From Patescibacteria group bacterium (GTDB lineage: Bacteria > Patescibacteriota > Minisyncoccia > UBA6257 > UBA9933), in NCBI GenBank assembly GCA_038062875.1, contig JBBTWF010000001.1:27769-91768 (forward strand): a DNA stretch of 64,000 nt, read 5' to 3'. Numbering within the stretch: position 1 is the first letter of the stretch; each line of letters starts with the position of its first letter. This document shows, piece after piece, positions 17,611-25,103 of this stretch. Under the pieces are notes generated by a model. It was not told the DNA's origin. It saw nothing but the letters and a program-made list of their open reading frames with translations, and made no database searches. Made by a program: the position numbers and the translations under genes.

Positions 17611-19701
17611 ATGGATAAAAAAGCCGCCAAAGAACGAATAGAACATCTCAAAAAAACAGTAAATCATCATCGCTATCTTTATCATGTTTTAGACCGTCAA
17701 GAAATATCTGACGCGGCTTTGGATTCTTTAAAAAAAGAACTTTTTGATTTAGAACAAGAATTTCCGGAATTTATCACTTCGGATTCTCCGACTCAAAGAA
17801 TTGGAGGCCAACCGTTAAAACAATTCAAAAAAGTTCGTCATGAAGCGCAGATGCTTTCTTTTAACGACGCTTTTTCCGAGCAGGATATGAGGGATTGGTT
17901 GAAGCGCGTTGAAAATTATCTTGGTTCTAAAATAACCCAAAACCCAAAACCCAAAACCCAAAACCTCTTTTATTGCGAATTAAAAATAGACGGTCTAGCG
18001 ATTGAGCTGGTTTACGAAAACGGCATTTTAACGCAGGGGTCAACTCGAGGAGATGGAATTGTTGGCGAAGATGTGACGCAGAATTTAAAAACTATTGAAG
18101 CGATACCGTTAAAACTAAAAACCAAAAACTTAAAAACTAAAAAACTTGTTGTAAGAGGCGAGGTCTTTATTAAAAAAAAAGAATTTGAAAGGATTAATAA
18201 AGAGCAGATTAAAAAAGGAGAAAAAGTTTTTGCTAATCCGCGTAATCTCGTGGCAGGTTCAATTCGCCAGCTTGACCCGAAAATTACCGCCAGTCGCAAA
18301 TTAGATTCGTATATTTATGATATAGCAACGGATTTAGGCATTGCTGTTCATGAAGAAAAACATAATTTTCTTGAGTCGTTTGGTTTTAAAATTAATTCTC
18401 ATAATAAAGCGGTTGGGTCGTTAGAAGAGGTTTTTAAATTTCGCGACTATTGGGAGAAGCATAGAGATAAATTACCTTACGAAATTGATGGCATTGTGAT
18501 AATTGTTAATGATAATAAAATTTTTGAGGAAGCCGGAGTTATCGGCAAAGCGCCGAGGGGCGCGATTGCTTATAAATTTTCGGCTAAGGAGGCAACGACG
18601 ATTGTTGAAGATATTAAAATCCAAGTTGGTCGGACCGGCGCGTTAACGCCCGTAGCTATTTTAAGGCCCATAGAATTGGGCGGGATAAGAATTTCGCACG
18701 CTACTTTGCATAATTTTGGCCAGATTAAACGGCTGGAATTGAAAATCGGCGATACTGTTATTATTTCAAGGGCAGGAGACGTAATTCCCCAAGTAAGTAA
18801 AGTATTAAAGGATTTGCGAAACGGGAAAGAAAAAGAATTTAAAATACCCGCTAATTGTCCAGTTGACGATTCAAAAGTAATAAAGCAGGGGGAGATTTAT
18901 CGTTGTTCTAATAAAGATTGCGGCGCTAGAAATAGGGAATCGTTGCGTCATTTTGTTTCTAGGGCGGCTTTTGATATTAGGGGATTGGGAGGTAAAATTA
19001 TAGACCGATTTCTTGACGAGGGTTTGATCAGCGACGCGGCTGATATTTTTACTCTTGAAGAAGGGGACATCGCCGGTCTTGAAAGATTCGGCGAAAAATC
19101 CAGTCAAAACATAATTTCTGAGATTCGGTCCCGTAAAATTATAAATTTAGCGAGGTTTATTTATGGTTTGGGGATTTTACATATCGGTGAAGAGACGGCT
19201 TTGCTTCTTGCGAAAGCAGTGTCAAGTATTAAGTATTCCGCCTTCGTGGCTGCTTCGGTGGGCAAGCAAGTATTAAGGCCTGTTCAAATATCGGAAATTT
19301 TAAAAAACTTTTCATTAGAAAAACTTCAAGAAATTCCCGATATCGGGCCTAAAGTGGCGCAGAGTATTTATGATTGGTTTCATAATAAGCGAAGTGTTGA
19401 GTTTTTAAAGAAATTGGAAAAAGTTGGAATTCAAATAGAAATTCCCAAACTAAAAACTTCCGCCAGAGGCGGATCCGCCTTCGGCGGAAAAACCTTCGTA
19501 TTAACCGGCAGTTTGGAATCAATGAGTCGTGAACAGGCAAAAGAAAAAATCCGTTCGCTGGGCGGCGATATTTCAGAATCAGTTAGCAAGAAAACCGATT
19601 ATTTAGTGACTGGTTTTGAACCTGGCTCAAAATACGAAAAAGCGAATAAATTAGGAGTGAAAGTGATTAATGAAAAAGAGTTGTTGGAATTACTTGGTTA
19701 A
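17611..19701 (+). CDS. ligA: NAD-dependent DNA ligase LigA with three in-frame repeat insertions
   Basis: Adenylation site KIDG (CELKIDGLAIELVYENG), OB fold, Zn finger (CPVDDSKV...CSNKDC), HhH and BRCT domains. Insertions lie at about 17934-17967, 18111-18145 and 19459-19490. Confidence 0.95.
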   Translation: MDKKAAKERIEHLKKTVNHHRYLYHVLDRQEISDAALDSLKKELFDLEQEFPEFITSDSPTQRIGGQPLKQFKKVRHEAQMLSFNDAFSEQDMRDWLKRVENYLGSKITQNPKPKTQNLFYCELKIDGLAIELVYENGILTQGSTRGDGIVGEDVTQNLKTIEAIPLKLKTKNLKTKKLVVRGEVFIKKKEFERINKEQIKKGEKVFANPRNLVAGSIRQLDPKITASRKLDSYIYDIATDLGIAVHEEKHNFLESFGFKINSHNKAVGSLEEVFKFRDYWEKHRDKLPYEIDGIVIIVNDNKIFEEAGVIGKAPRGAIAYKFSAKEATTIVEDIKIQVGRTGALTPVAILRPIELGGIRISHATLHNFGQIKRLELKIGDTVIISRAGDVIPQVSKVLKDLRNGKEKEFKIPANCPVDDSKVIKQGEIYRCSNKDCGARNRESLRHFVSRAAFDIRGLGGKIIDRFLDEGLISDAADIFTLEEGDIAGLERFGEKSSQNIISEIRSRKIINLARFIYGLGILHIGEETALLLAKAVSSIKYSAFVAASVGKQVLRPVQISEILKNFSLEKLQEIPDIGPKVAQSIYDWFHNKRSVEFLKKLEKVGIQIEIPKLKTSARGGSAFGGKTFVLTGSLESMSREQAKEKIRSLGGDISESVSKKTDYLVTGFEPGSKYEKANKLGVKVINEKELLELLG
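17934..17967. repeat. In-frame tandem repeat (AACCCAAAAC)n inside ligA (NPKPKTQNL)
   Basis: Direct repeat read from sequence. Confidence 0.8.
18111..18145. repeat. In-frame tandem repeat (CTAAAAAC/CAAAAAC)n inside ligA (LKLKTKNLKTKKL)
   Basis: Direct repeat read from sequence. Confidence 0.8.
19459..19490. repeat. GC-rich palindromic in-frame mini-insertion TCCGCCAGAGGCGGATCCGCCTTCGGCGGA in ligA (family copy 3)
   Basis: Identical to the rpsH copy; preceded by ctaaaaact. Confidence 0.85.
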
Positions 19702-19733
19702 TAATCTTTTTTGTTTTATGTTAAAATATTTTT

Positions 19734-20033
19734 ATGGAAAAACTTAGTAAAAAAACTTTAGAATATTTGGCTGGATTAGCGAGGATTGAATTAGATAAAA
19801 AGGGCGAGGATAAGTTATTAAGGGATTTACAAAAAATCTTCGATTATTTTGAGGAACTTAAAGAAGTTAATACGGAGAATGTTGAATCGATGACTGGCGG
19901 TAATATTTTTTCGGAAAATGTTTTTCGCGAAGATATTCAAAACTTAAAGCTAAAAGCTAAAAACTCAAAGCTAATTGAGGTGTTCCCGGAAGAAAAAGAC
20001 GGATTTTTGAAAGTGCCGCCTGTTTTTGAATAA
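19734..20033 (+). CDS. gatC: Asp/Glu-tRNA amidotransferase subunit C, with a repeat-derived LKLKAKNSKL segment
   Basis: 99 aa; LAGLARIELDKKGEDKLLRDLQKIFDYFEEL is a GatC signature; tandem repeat at 19940-19975. Confidence 0.8.
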   Translation: MEKLSKKTLEYLAGLARIELDKKGEDKLLRDLQKIFDYFEELKEVNTENVESMTGGNIFSENVFREDIQNLKLKAKNSKLIEVFPEEKDGFLKVPPVFE

Positions 20034-20084
20034 TTAATTTCAATTACGTAACCTGATTTCGTAACATTGAAAATATTGATATTG

Positions 20085-20130
20085 AGGCGCTCTAACGCAT
20101 TAGAGCGCTCTAACCGGTTAGAGCGCTTGA
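20085..20130. promoter_or_regulatory. Compound palindrome GCGCTCTAAC-GC-ATTAGAGCGCTCTAA-CC-GGTTAGAGCGC: three overlapping inverted copies of a 10-mer, a candidate operator or attenuator
   Basis: Read directly; the central TTAGAGCGCTCTAA is itself palindromic. It sits 65 bp upstream of the Cys-rich ORF. Confidence 0.5.
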
Positions 20131-20142
20131 TATAATTTGGCT

Positions 20143-20162
20143 GGTGCAGTTGACTGCACCAC
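20143..20162. repeat. Palindrome TGGTGCAGTTGACTGCACCA, the upstream flank of the Cys-rich gene
   Basis: An identical 18-bp core (GGTGCAGTTGACTGCACC) recurs at 22015-22032 just after the same gene. Confidence 0.85.
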
Positions 20163-20193
20163 TTCTATATAATTATCAAAATTGAATTAGACT

Positions 20194-21972
20194 ATGAACC
20201 CAGAAACAAAAATTTGCCAGAATTGTAAAAAGGATTTTACAATTGAACCCGACGATTTTTTGTTTTACGAAAAAATAAAAGTCCCAGCGCCGACTTTTTG
20301 CGAGGAATGCCGGGAACAGCGAAGAATTGCTTTTCGCAATGAACGCAGTTTATACAAAAGAAAATGCGATTTATGCGGAGAAATCGTGGTTTCTCGGATT
20401 TCGTCGGACAAACTCTATCCGATGTATTGTAAAAAATGTTGGTGGTCAGACAAATGGGACGCGTTGAGTTATGGAAGAGAATATGATTTTAACAAGACCT
20501 TTTTTGAACAGTTTAAGGACTTATTGTTTTCAGCACCTCATATTTCGCTTTTGAGCAGTAATACGGTCAATAGCGAATGGGTTAATCAGGAAACCGATGA
20601 TAAAAATTGTTATTTAAATATAGGCGGACATTACAACGAGGATTCGGCTTATAACACTTACGAACTTTACGGCAAAGATTGTTTTGATAATTTCTGGATT
20701 TTCAAAAGCGAACTTTGTTATGAAAATATAAATTGCGAGCGGTGTTATAAAACTTTATTTTCCAGGGATTGTTTTGATTGCGTAGATACTGTTTTATCTT
20801 TTGATTGCCGAAATTGTCAAAATATCTTTGGTTGCGCCGGCTTAAGAAATAAGCAATATCATATTTTTAACAAGCCAGTTTCTAAAGAAGAATATCAAAA
20901 ATTTTTAAAGGACAATCCGCTGGCTTCGCGCAAAAATCTTTTATCATTCAAAGAAAAAGTCAAACAAATTTGGTTGTCAGCGCTTTATCGTGATAAATTT
21001 ATAGTGAAATCAGTTAATTCTTGGGGAAATTTTATCAATGAATCAAAAAAATGCCAAAATTGTTGGAATGCTGAAAAAGTGGAAGATTGTAAAAATTTAT
21101 ACGTAGCCGCGTCGTTAAAAGACACTTATGATGCGACATCTTACGGCTGGGGAGAGTTATGTTACGAAGGCGCTCATTCGGTTGGTTTGTACAACTCAAA
21201 ATTTTTTCTTTATAGCGTTGGAGGAGGTAAAGCGGGAAACAGACAATCATCATTTTTAGAATATTGTTATGCGGTTATGGACAGCCATAATTGTTTCGGT
21301 TGCGCCAATTTAAGAAATAAAGAATATTGTATTTTAAATAAACAGTATACTAAAGAAGAATACGAAGCGCTTATCCCCAAAATCAAAAAACATATGGAAG
21401 AAATGCCGTATATTGACAAAAGGGGTAGAATTTATAAATACGGTGAATTTTTCCCGATTGAATTTTCACCATTCGGTTATAATGAAACCGCAGGGCAAGA
21501 TTATTATCCTTTGACTCGCGAACAAGTTTTAGAAAACGGTTATTCTTGGAACGATTATGAATCAGATATGAAATATGAATTTTCCGATTACGAAATTCCC
21601 GATGATATTGGCAGTGTTAAAGACGATATTTTGGACAAAATTTTAAAATGCGAGGTCTCGAGCAAAGCGTATAAAATTATTCCGATGGAACTTGAGTTTT
21701 ACAGACGAATGGGATTGCCGATTCCGCGCCGTGCGCCGCTCCAACGGCACAAAGACAGAATTAGCCAATTATTACCGAGGAAATTATTTAAACGGCAATG
21801 CCAATGTGAAGGAGGGCAAAGCGTAAAGCGCGAATCGCAAAGCGTATATAAAAATACAATCAAGCATTTTCATGGAGACGATTCTTGTCCAAATCAAATT
21901 AACACTCCGTACGCGCCCGATAGACCGGAGATTGTATACTGTGAAAAGTGCTATTTAGCAGAAGTAGTATAA
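20194..21972 (+). CDS. Hypothetical 592-aa cysteine-rich protein with about 10 CxxC pairs and an internal repeat, inserted between gatC and gatA
   Basis: ORF read directly; no family recognised. N-terminal CQNCKK...FCEECREQRR...CDLCGE...YCKKCWW. The internal motif C-x-C-x2-LRNK-x-Y-x-I-x-NK-x4-EEY occurs twice (CFGCANLRNKEYCILNKQYTKEEYEAL and CAGLRNKQYHIFNKPVSKEEYQKF). Confidence 0.6.
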   Translation: MNPETKICQNCKKDFTIEPDDFLFYEKIKVPAPTFCEECREQRRIAFRNERSLYKRKCDLCGEIVVSRISSDKLYPMYCKKCWWSDKWDALSYGREYDFNKTFFEQFKDLLFSAPHISLLSSNTVNSEWVNQETDDKNCYLNIGGHYNEDSAYNTYELYGKDCFDNFWIFKSELCYENINCERCYKTLFSRDCFDCVDTVLSFDCRNCQNIFGCAGLRNKQYHIFNKPVSKEEYQKFLKDNPLASRKNLLSFKEKVKQIWLSALYRDKFIVKSVNSWGNFINESKKCQNCWNAEKVEDCKNLYVAASLKDTYDATSYGWGELCYEGAHSVGLYNSKFFLYSVGGGKAGNRQSSFLEYCYAVMDSHNCFGCANLRNKEYCILNKQYTKEEYEALIPKIKKHMEEMPYIDKRGRIYKYGEFFPIEFSPFGYNETAGQDYYPLTREQVLENGYSWNDYESDMKYEFSDYEIPDDIGSVKDDILDKILKCEVSSKAYKIIPMELEFYRRMGLPIPRRAPLQRHKDRISQLLPRKLFKRQCQCEGGQSVKRESQSVYKNTIKHFHGDDSCPNQINTPYAPDRPEIVYCEKCYLAEVV

Positions 21973-22013
21973 TAGAGACGAAAGGTAAGAGATAAAAAAA
22001 ATAAAAAATATAG

Positions 22014-22033
22014 CGGTGCAGTTGACTGCACCA
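22014..22033. repeat. Palindrome CGGTGCAGTTGACTGCACCAG, the downstream flank of the Cys-rich gene
   Basis: Same 18-bp core as the palindrome at 20143. Confidence 0.85.
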
Positions 22034-22043
22034 GTGGTAAGGA

Positions 22044-23486
22044 ATGATAAAAAAAATGGATTTACAGAATCTGACAATTAAAAAATTCCATCAAGGACTG
22101 ATAAATAAAGAATTTTCCGCTTCGGAAATTACAAAAGAGTTTTTTGATTATATTGACGGAAAAGATTCTAATATTAACGCTTATTTGCGTTTAACAAAGG
22201 ATTTGGCTATGTCGCAGGCCAAAGCGGTTGACACGGATTTGGCTACTGGCAAGAATTTGGATATTTTGGCCGGCGCGCCATTGGCGATTAAGGATAATAT
22301 TTTGATTGAAGGCGAGTTAACAACGGCAGCTTCCAAAATTTTGGAAAATTATCGCGCGAGCTATGACGCAACTGTAATTAAAAAACTTAAAGATAAGGGC
22401 GCGGTTTTTCTCGGCAAGACCAATTTAGATGAATTCGCGATGGGCTCTTCAACGGAAAATTCCGCTTTTGGGCCGACAAAAAATCCTTTTGATTTGGAGC
22501 GGGTTCCAGGCGGTTCATCTGGCGGTTCAGCCGCGGCAGTGGCAGTTGATATGGCATTAGCGGCTCTCGGTTCTGATACTGGCGGTTCAATCAGGCAACC
22601 GGCAAGTTTCTGCGGAGTGGTCGGTTTGAAGCCGACTTATGGCGCTGTTTCTCGGTACGGATTAATAGCAATGGCTTCAAGTTTGGACCAAATTGGGCCT
22701 ATTACTAAAACCGTTGGGGATGCGGAGATTTTATTTGATGTTATTAAAGGAAAAGATAAATTAGATTCAACTTCTATTAAACCTAAAACCCAAAACCTAA
22801 AACCTAAAACCTCAAATTATACCATCGGACTGCCGAAAGAATATTTTGCTGGCGGATTAGATAAAGATGTTGCTATCGCCGTTGACGAAGCGATTAAAAA
22901 TTTGAAAGGCATGGGGATTAAATTCAAAGAAATAAGTTTACCCCATACTAAATACGCGCTTTCTTGTTATTACATTATTATGCCGGCGGAAGTAAGCGCC
23001 AACCTCGCCCGTTTTGACGGCATTAGATATCCACAACCTAAAACCTACAATCTAAAACCCAAAACCTTATTGGATGTTTATTTAAAAACCCGGGGCGAGG
23101 GATTTGGCGAAGAAGTAAAACGAAGAATTATTTTAGGAACATTTGTTTTGTCGTCAGGATATTACGACGCTTATTATACCAAGGCGCAAAAAGTCCGTAA
23201 TTTGATAAAACAGGATTTTGATAAAGCATTTAAAGAAGTTGACGTGATTTTGACTCCGGTCGCGCCGACTCCGGCTTTCAAAATCAATGAAAAAACAAAA
23301 GATCCGCTTTCAATGTATTTGTCGGATATTTTCACAATTCCGGTTAATCTGGCGGGTCTTCCGGCAATTTCAATACCAGTTAACCTAAAACCTAAATTAC
23401 CAGTTGGGTTTCAGTTGATTGGCAATTATTTTCGCGAAGCGGATATTTTAGAAATAGGAAAGCGGTACGAAAATGAGAATTATTAA
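22044..23486 (+). CDS. gatA: Glutamyl-tRNA(Gln) amidotransferase subunit A (amidase signature family) with three in-frame heptamer-repeat insertions
   Basis: Amidase signature GGSSGGSAAAVA...GSDTGGSIRQPASFCG. Insertions at 22780-22813 (IKPKTQNLKPKTS), 23034-23066 (PQPKTYNLKPKT) and 23381-23400. Confidence 0.9.
   Translation: MIKKMDLQNLTIKKFHQGLINKEFSASEITKEFFDYIDGKDSNINAYLRLTKDLAMSQAKAVDTDLATGKNLDILAGAPLAIKDNILIEGELTTAASKILENYRASYDATVIKKLKDKGAVFLGKTNLDEFAMGSSTENSAFGPTKNPFDLERVPGGSSGGSAAAVAVDMALAALGSDTGGSIRQPASFCGVVGLKPTYGAVSRYGLIAMASSLDQIGPITKTVGDAEILFDVIKGKDKLDSTSIKPKTQNLKPKTSNYTIGLPKEYFAGGLDKDVAIAVDEAIKNLKGMGIKFKEISLPHTKYALSCYYIIMPAEVSANLARFDGIRYPQPKTYNLKPKTLLDVYLKTRGEGFGEEVKRRIILGTFVLSSGYYDAYYTKAQKVRNLIKQDFDKAFKEVDVILTPVAPTPAFKINEKTKDPLSMYLSDIFTIPVNLAGLPAISIPVNLKPKLPVGFQLIGNYFREADILEIGKRYENENY
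22780..22813. repeat. In-frame (CCTAAAAC)n repeat in gatA
   Basis: Read directly. Confidence 0.8.
23034..23066. repeat. In-frame degenerate (CCTAAAAC)n repeat in gatA
   Basis: Read directly. Confidence 0.75.
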
Positions 23487-23790
23487 AAAACCGAAAACTC
23501 TTTTTTGGACTAATCACAGCCAGGCGAAGATGCGTTTTTATAAATTATCAGAGCAAAGAGTAAAAAGGGTGATTCATTCGCCGAAAAGAGTAGAGAGCGG
23601 GATCGCGCCTAACACCGTTGCTATGCTTCAGTCGGCCGGCAGTAAAAAGCATCCGTACGAAATCTGGGTAATGATTCAAGACAAGGCAAGCAAGCGTAAA
23701 ATCATTTCCACTTGGCGTTATCCGGGGATAACCAGGGCTGGCGAACCGTTGCCAGATGGAATTTTAAGAGAAATAGATGATATTGAATAA
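23473..23790 (+). CDS. Small hypothetical protein, DUF4258-like (T.H...RM..R.I motif), overlapping the gatA stop
   Basis: TNHSQAKMRFYKLSEQRVKRVIHSP resembles the DUF4258 N-terminal pattern (T.HA.eRm.eR.I); it occupies the slot where gatB would be expected. Confidence 0.35.
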   Translation: MRIIKKPKTLFWTNHSQAKMRFYKLSEQRVKRVIHSPKRVESGIAPNTVAMLQSAGSKKHPYEIWVMIQDKASKRKIISTWRYPGITRAGEPLPDGILREIDDIE

Positions 23791-23816
23791 AATTCTCCCT
23801 TGGGCTTTTAAATTTG

Positions 23817-23845
23817 TTGACAAAAATTATTAAGTATGTTATTTT
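23817..23845 (+). promoter_or_regulatory. Sigma70-like promoter TTGACA-N17-TATTTT upstream of the HhH/IS110-like gene, followed by a strong RBS (AAAGGAGAGAG)
   Basis: Hexamers and spacing read directly. Most neighbouring genes lack such clear signals. Confidence 0.5.
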
Positions 23846-23911
23846 GTTAGACAGTATAGGGTCTAACTCTATTAAAATAATTTAAAATAAGGTACGAAAG
23901 GAGAGAGTAAA

Positions 23912-24676
23912 ATGGCGGAAAAAATAGTTGTAGAAGTAAAAGAAGAAAACCCGTTTGTGTTTTTGGTAAGATCAATGTTGCAGGTTGAAAAATTAAGAGT
24001 TGCAACGCAAGTAAGACAAACTCATTTGAAGTTGCAGGCGAGGGTTGATTTAGAGACGGATAAACTTCTCGAAAGAATAGATGACCTCGAGAAGTATGCT
24101 GACGAGAGGATAGCATCTTTAATAAAAAGCCATCCTGCATATCCGTGGTTTAGCCGCGTCAAGGGCGTTGGTAAAGAAAATATTGGCAAGGTTATTGGCC
24201 TTGTTGATATTGAAAAAGCTAACACTATCAGCGCGCTCTGGAAGTTTGCTGGTTACCATGTTGATAACGGCAAAGCTCCAAAACGCGTGAAAGGCGGCGG
24301 TAAACTGGGATACAACAGCCAACTTCGTTCAATGTGCTGGAGACTTGCCAGTTCCTTACTCAAAGGACAGGGCAAGTTTTATAAGTATTACCTCGTAGAA
24401 AAAGGAAAGTATCAGAGCAGATTTATATCTCAGGGGATGAAGATTGTTCCGGCGAGCCAGTTGTCGAGAAATAACGGTAAAAAACAGGAGACAGAAGGAA
24501 AAATTTCTGAAGGGCATATTCATAATATGGCTCTTCGGAAAATGATTAAACTCTTTCTCGCCTGTTTATGGTTGGAATGGAGAAAGGCAGAAGGATTATC
24601 TACAAGATCTCCATATTCTCATGAGTATCAAGGGCACACAACAATGATAAGCCCTGAGGAGATGGTGGACAGATAA
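23912..24676 (+). CDS. Protein homologous to the C-terminal coiled-coil plus HhH 'Tnp' half of IS110-family recombinases (Transposase_20-like), lacking the N-terminal RuvC-like DEDD domain
   Basis: HPAYPWFSRVKGVGKENIGKVIGLVDIEKANTISALWKFAGYHVDNGKAPKRVKGGGKLGYNSQLRSMCWRLASSLLK matches the IS110 pattern (IPGIG...A..L.EIGDI.RF.S...L..YAGL.P....SG......ISK.GN..LR..L..AA). The C-terminal ALRKMIKLFLACLW aligns with the ARKL..I...L tail. The N-terminal 45 aa is unrelated to DEDD nucleases. Confidence 0.55.
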   Translation: MAEKIVVEVKEENPFVFLVRSMLQVEKLRVATQVRQTHLKLQARVDLETDKLLERIDDLEKYADERIASLIKSHPAYPWFSRVKGVGKENIGKVIGLVDIEKANTISALWKFAGYHVDNGKAPKRVKGGGKLGYNSQLRSMCWRLASSLLKGQGKFYKYYLVEKGKYQSRFISQGMKIVPASQLSRNNGKKQETEGKISEGHIHNMALRKMIKLFLACLWLEWRKAEGLSTRSPYSHEYQGHTTMISPEEMVDR

Positions 24677-24699
24677 GCCATACCACTCGAGGAAACCAA

Positions 24700-25030
24700 G
24701 GGGCTAGAGCGAGCCGTGATAATTAAGAAAACCAATGCATGTGAGCGAGCCACAACTAAAGAGCAAACCAAGAGATAGAGCGAGTCGGGTTTATCAAGTA
24801 GCCCAATGATAAGGAGCGAGTCATCGCAATCAAGTAAACCAGAGGAGAAGAGCGAGCCAGAGTAGTTGAGAAAACCAGTCCGTGGGAGCGAGCCAGAGTA
24901 GTTGAGAAAACCAGCATAAGCGAGCGAGCCAAAAAATGAGATGAAAACCAAAGTATAGAAGCGAGCCGGGCATATAGAGAAAACCAAAGAAATAAAGCGA
25001 GCCATATGAGGAGAGAAACCCAGATACACA
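24700..25030 (+). repeat. Array of 9 direct repeats with about 36-bp period; each unit is GAGCGAGCC - variable 12-14 nt - AAAACCA - variable about 8 nt
   Basis: Unit starts at about 24706, 24743, 24777, 24814, 24850, 24885, 24921, 24958 and 24994; non-coding on the plus strand (stops in all frames). Confidence 0.8.
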
Positions 25031-25036
25031 GAGCTA

Positions 25037-25072
25037 AGCCCAGAAGTTGAATATTCAACTTCTGGGCTTTTT
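25037..25072 (+). terminator. Rho-independent terminator: 15-bp perfect stem AAGCCCAGAAGTTGA/TCAACTTCTGGGCTT followed by a T-run
   Basis: Read directly; it closes the HhH-gene plus repeat-array unit. Confidence 0.8.
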
Positions 25073-25103
25073 AATTTTTATGAAAAAGTGTTAAATTGTA
25101 GTT

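Noticed and set aside
23912-24676. Calling the 254-aa gene a complete, active IS110 transposase or mobile_element
   Set aside because: Only the C-terminal coiled-coil plus HhH Tnp-like half is recognisable. The catalytic DEDD RuvC-like N-domain (about 150 aa) is absent and there is no room for it upstream. It is therefore reported as an IS110-Tnp-domain protein of uncertain function rather than an intact IS.
24700-25030. The 36-bp periodic repeat array considered as a CRISPR array
   Set aside because: The period is only about 36 bp in total, with two short conserved blocks (9 and 7 nt) and variable stretches between them. There is no 28-37-nt repeat alternating with 30-40-nt spacers. No cas genes are nearby. 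It is reported as a tandem direct-repeat array instead.
24628-25058. Minus-strand ORFs 24628-25029 and 24756-25058 from the ORF track
   Set aside because: They lie entirely within the tandem repeat array, and their low-complexity translations (repeated LARS..LVFSTT units) are artefacts of the DNA repeat. They also overlap the terminator hairpin.
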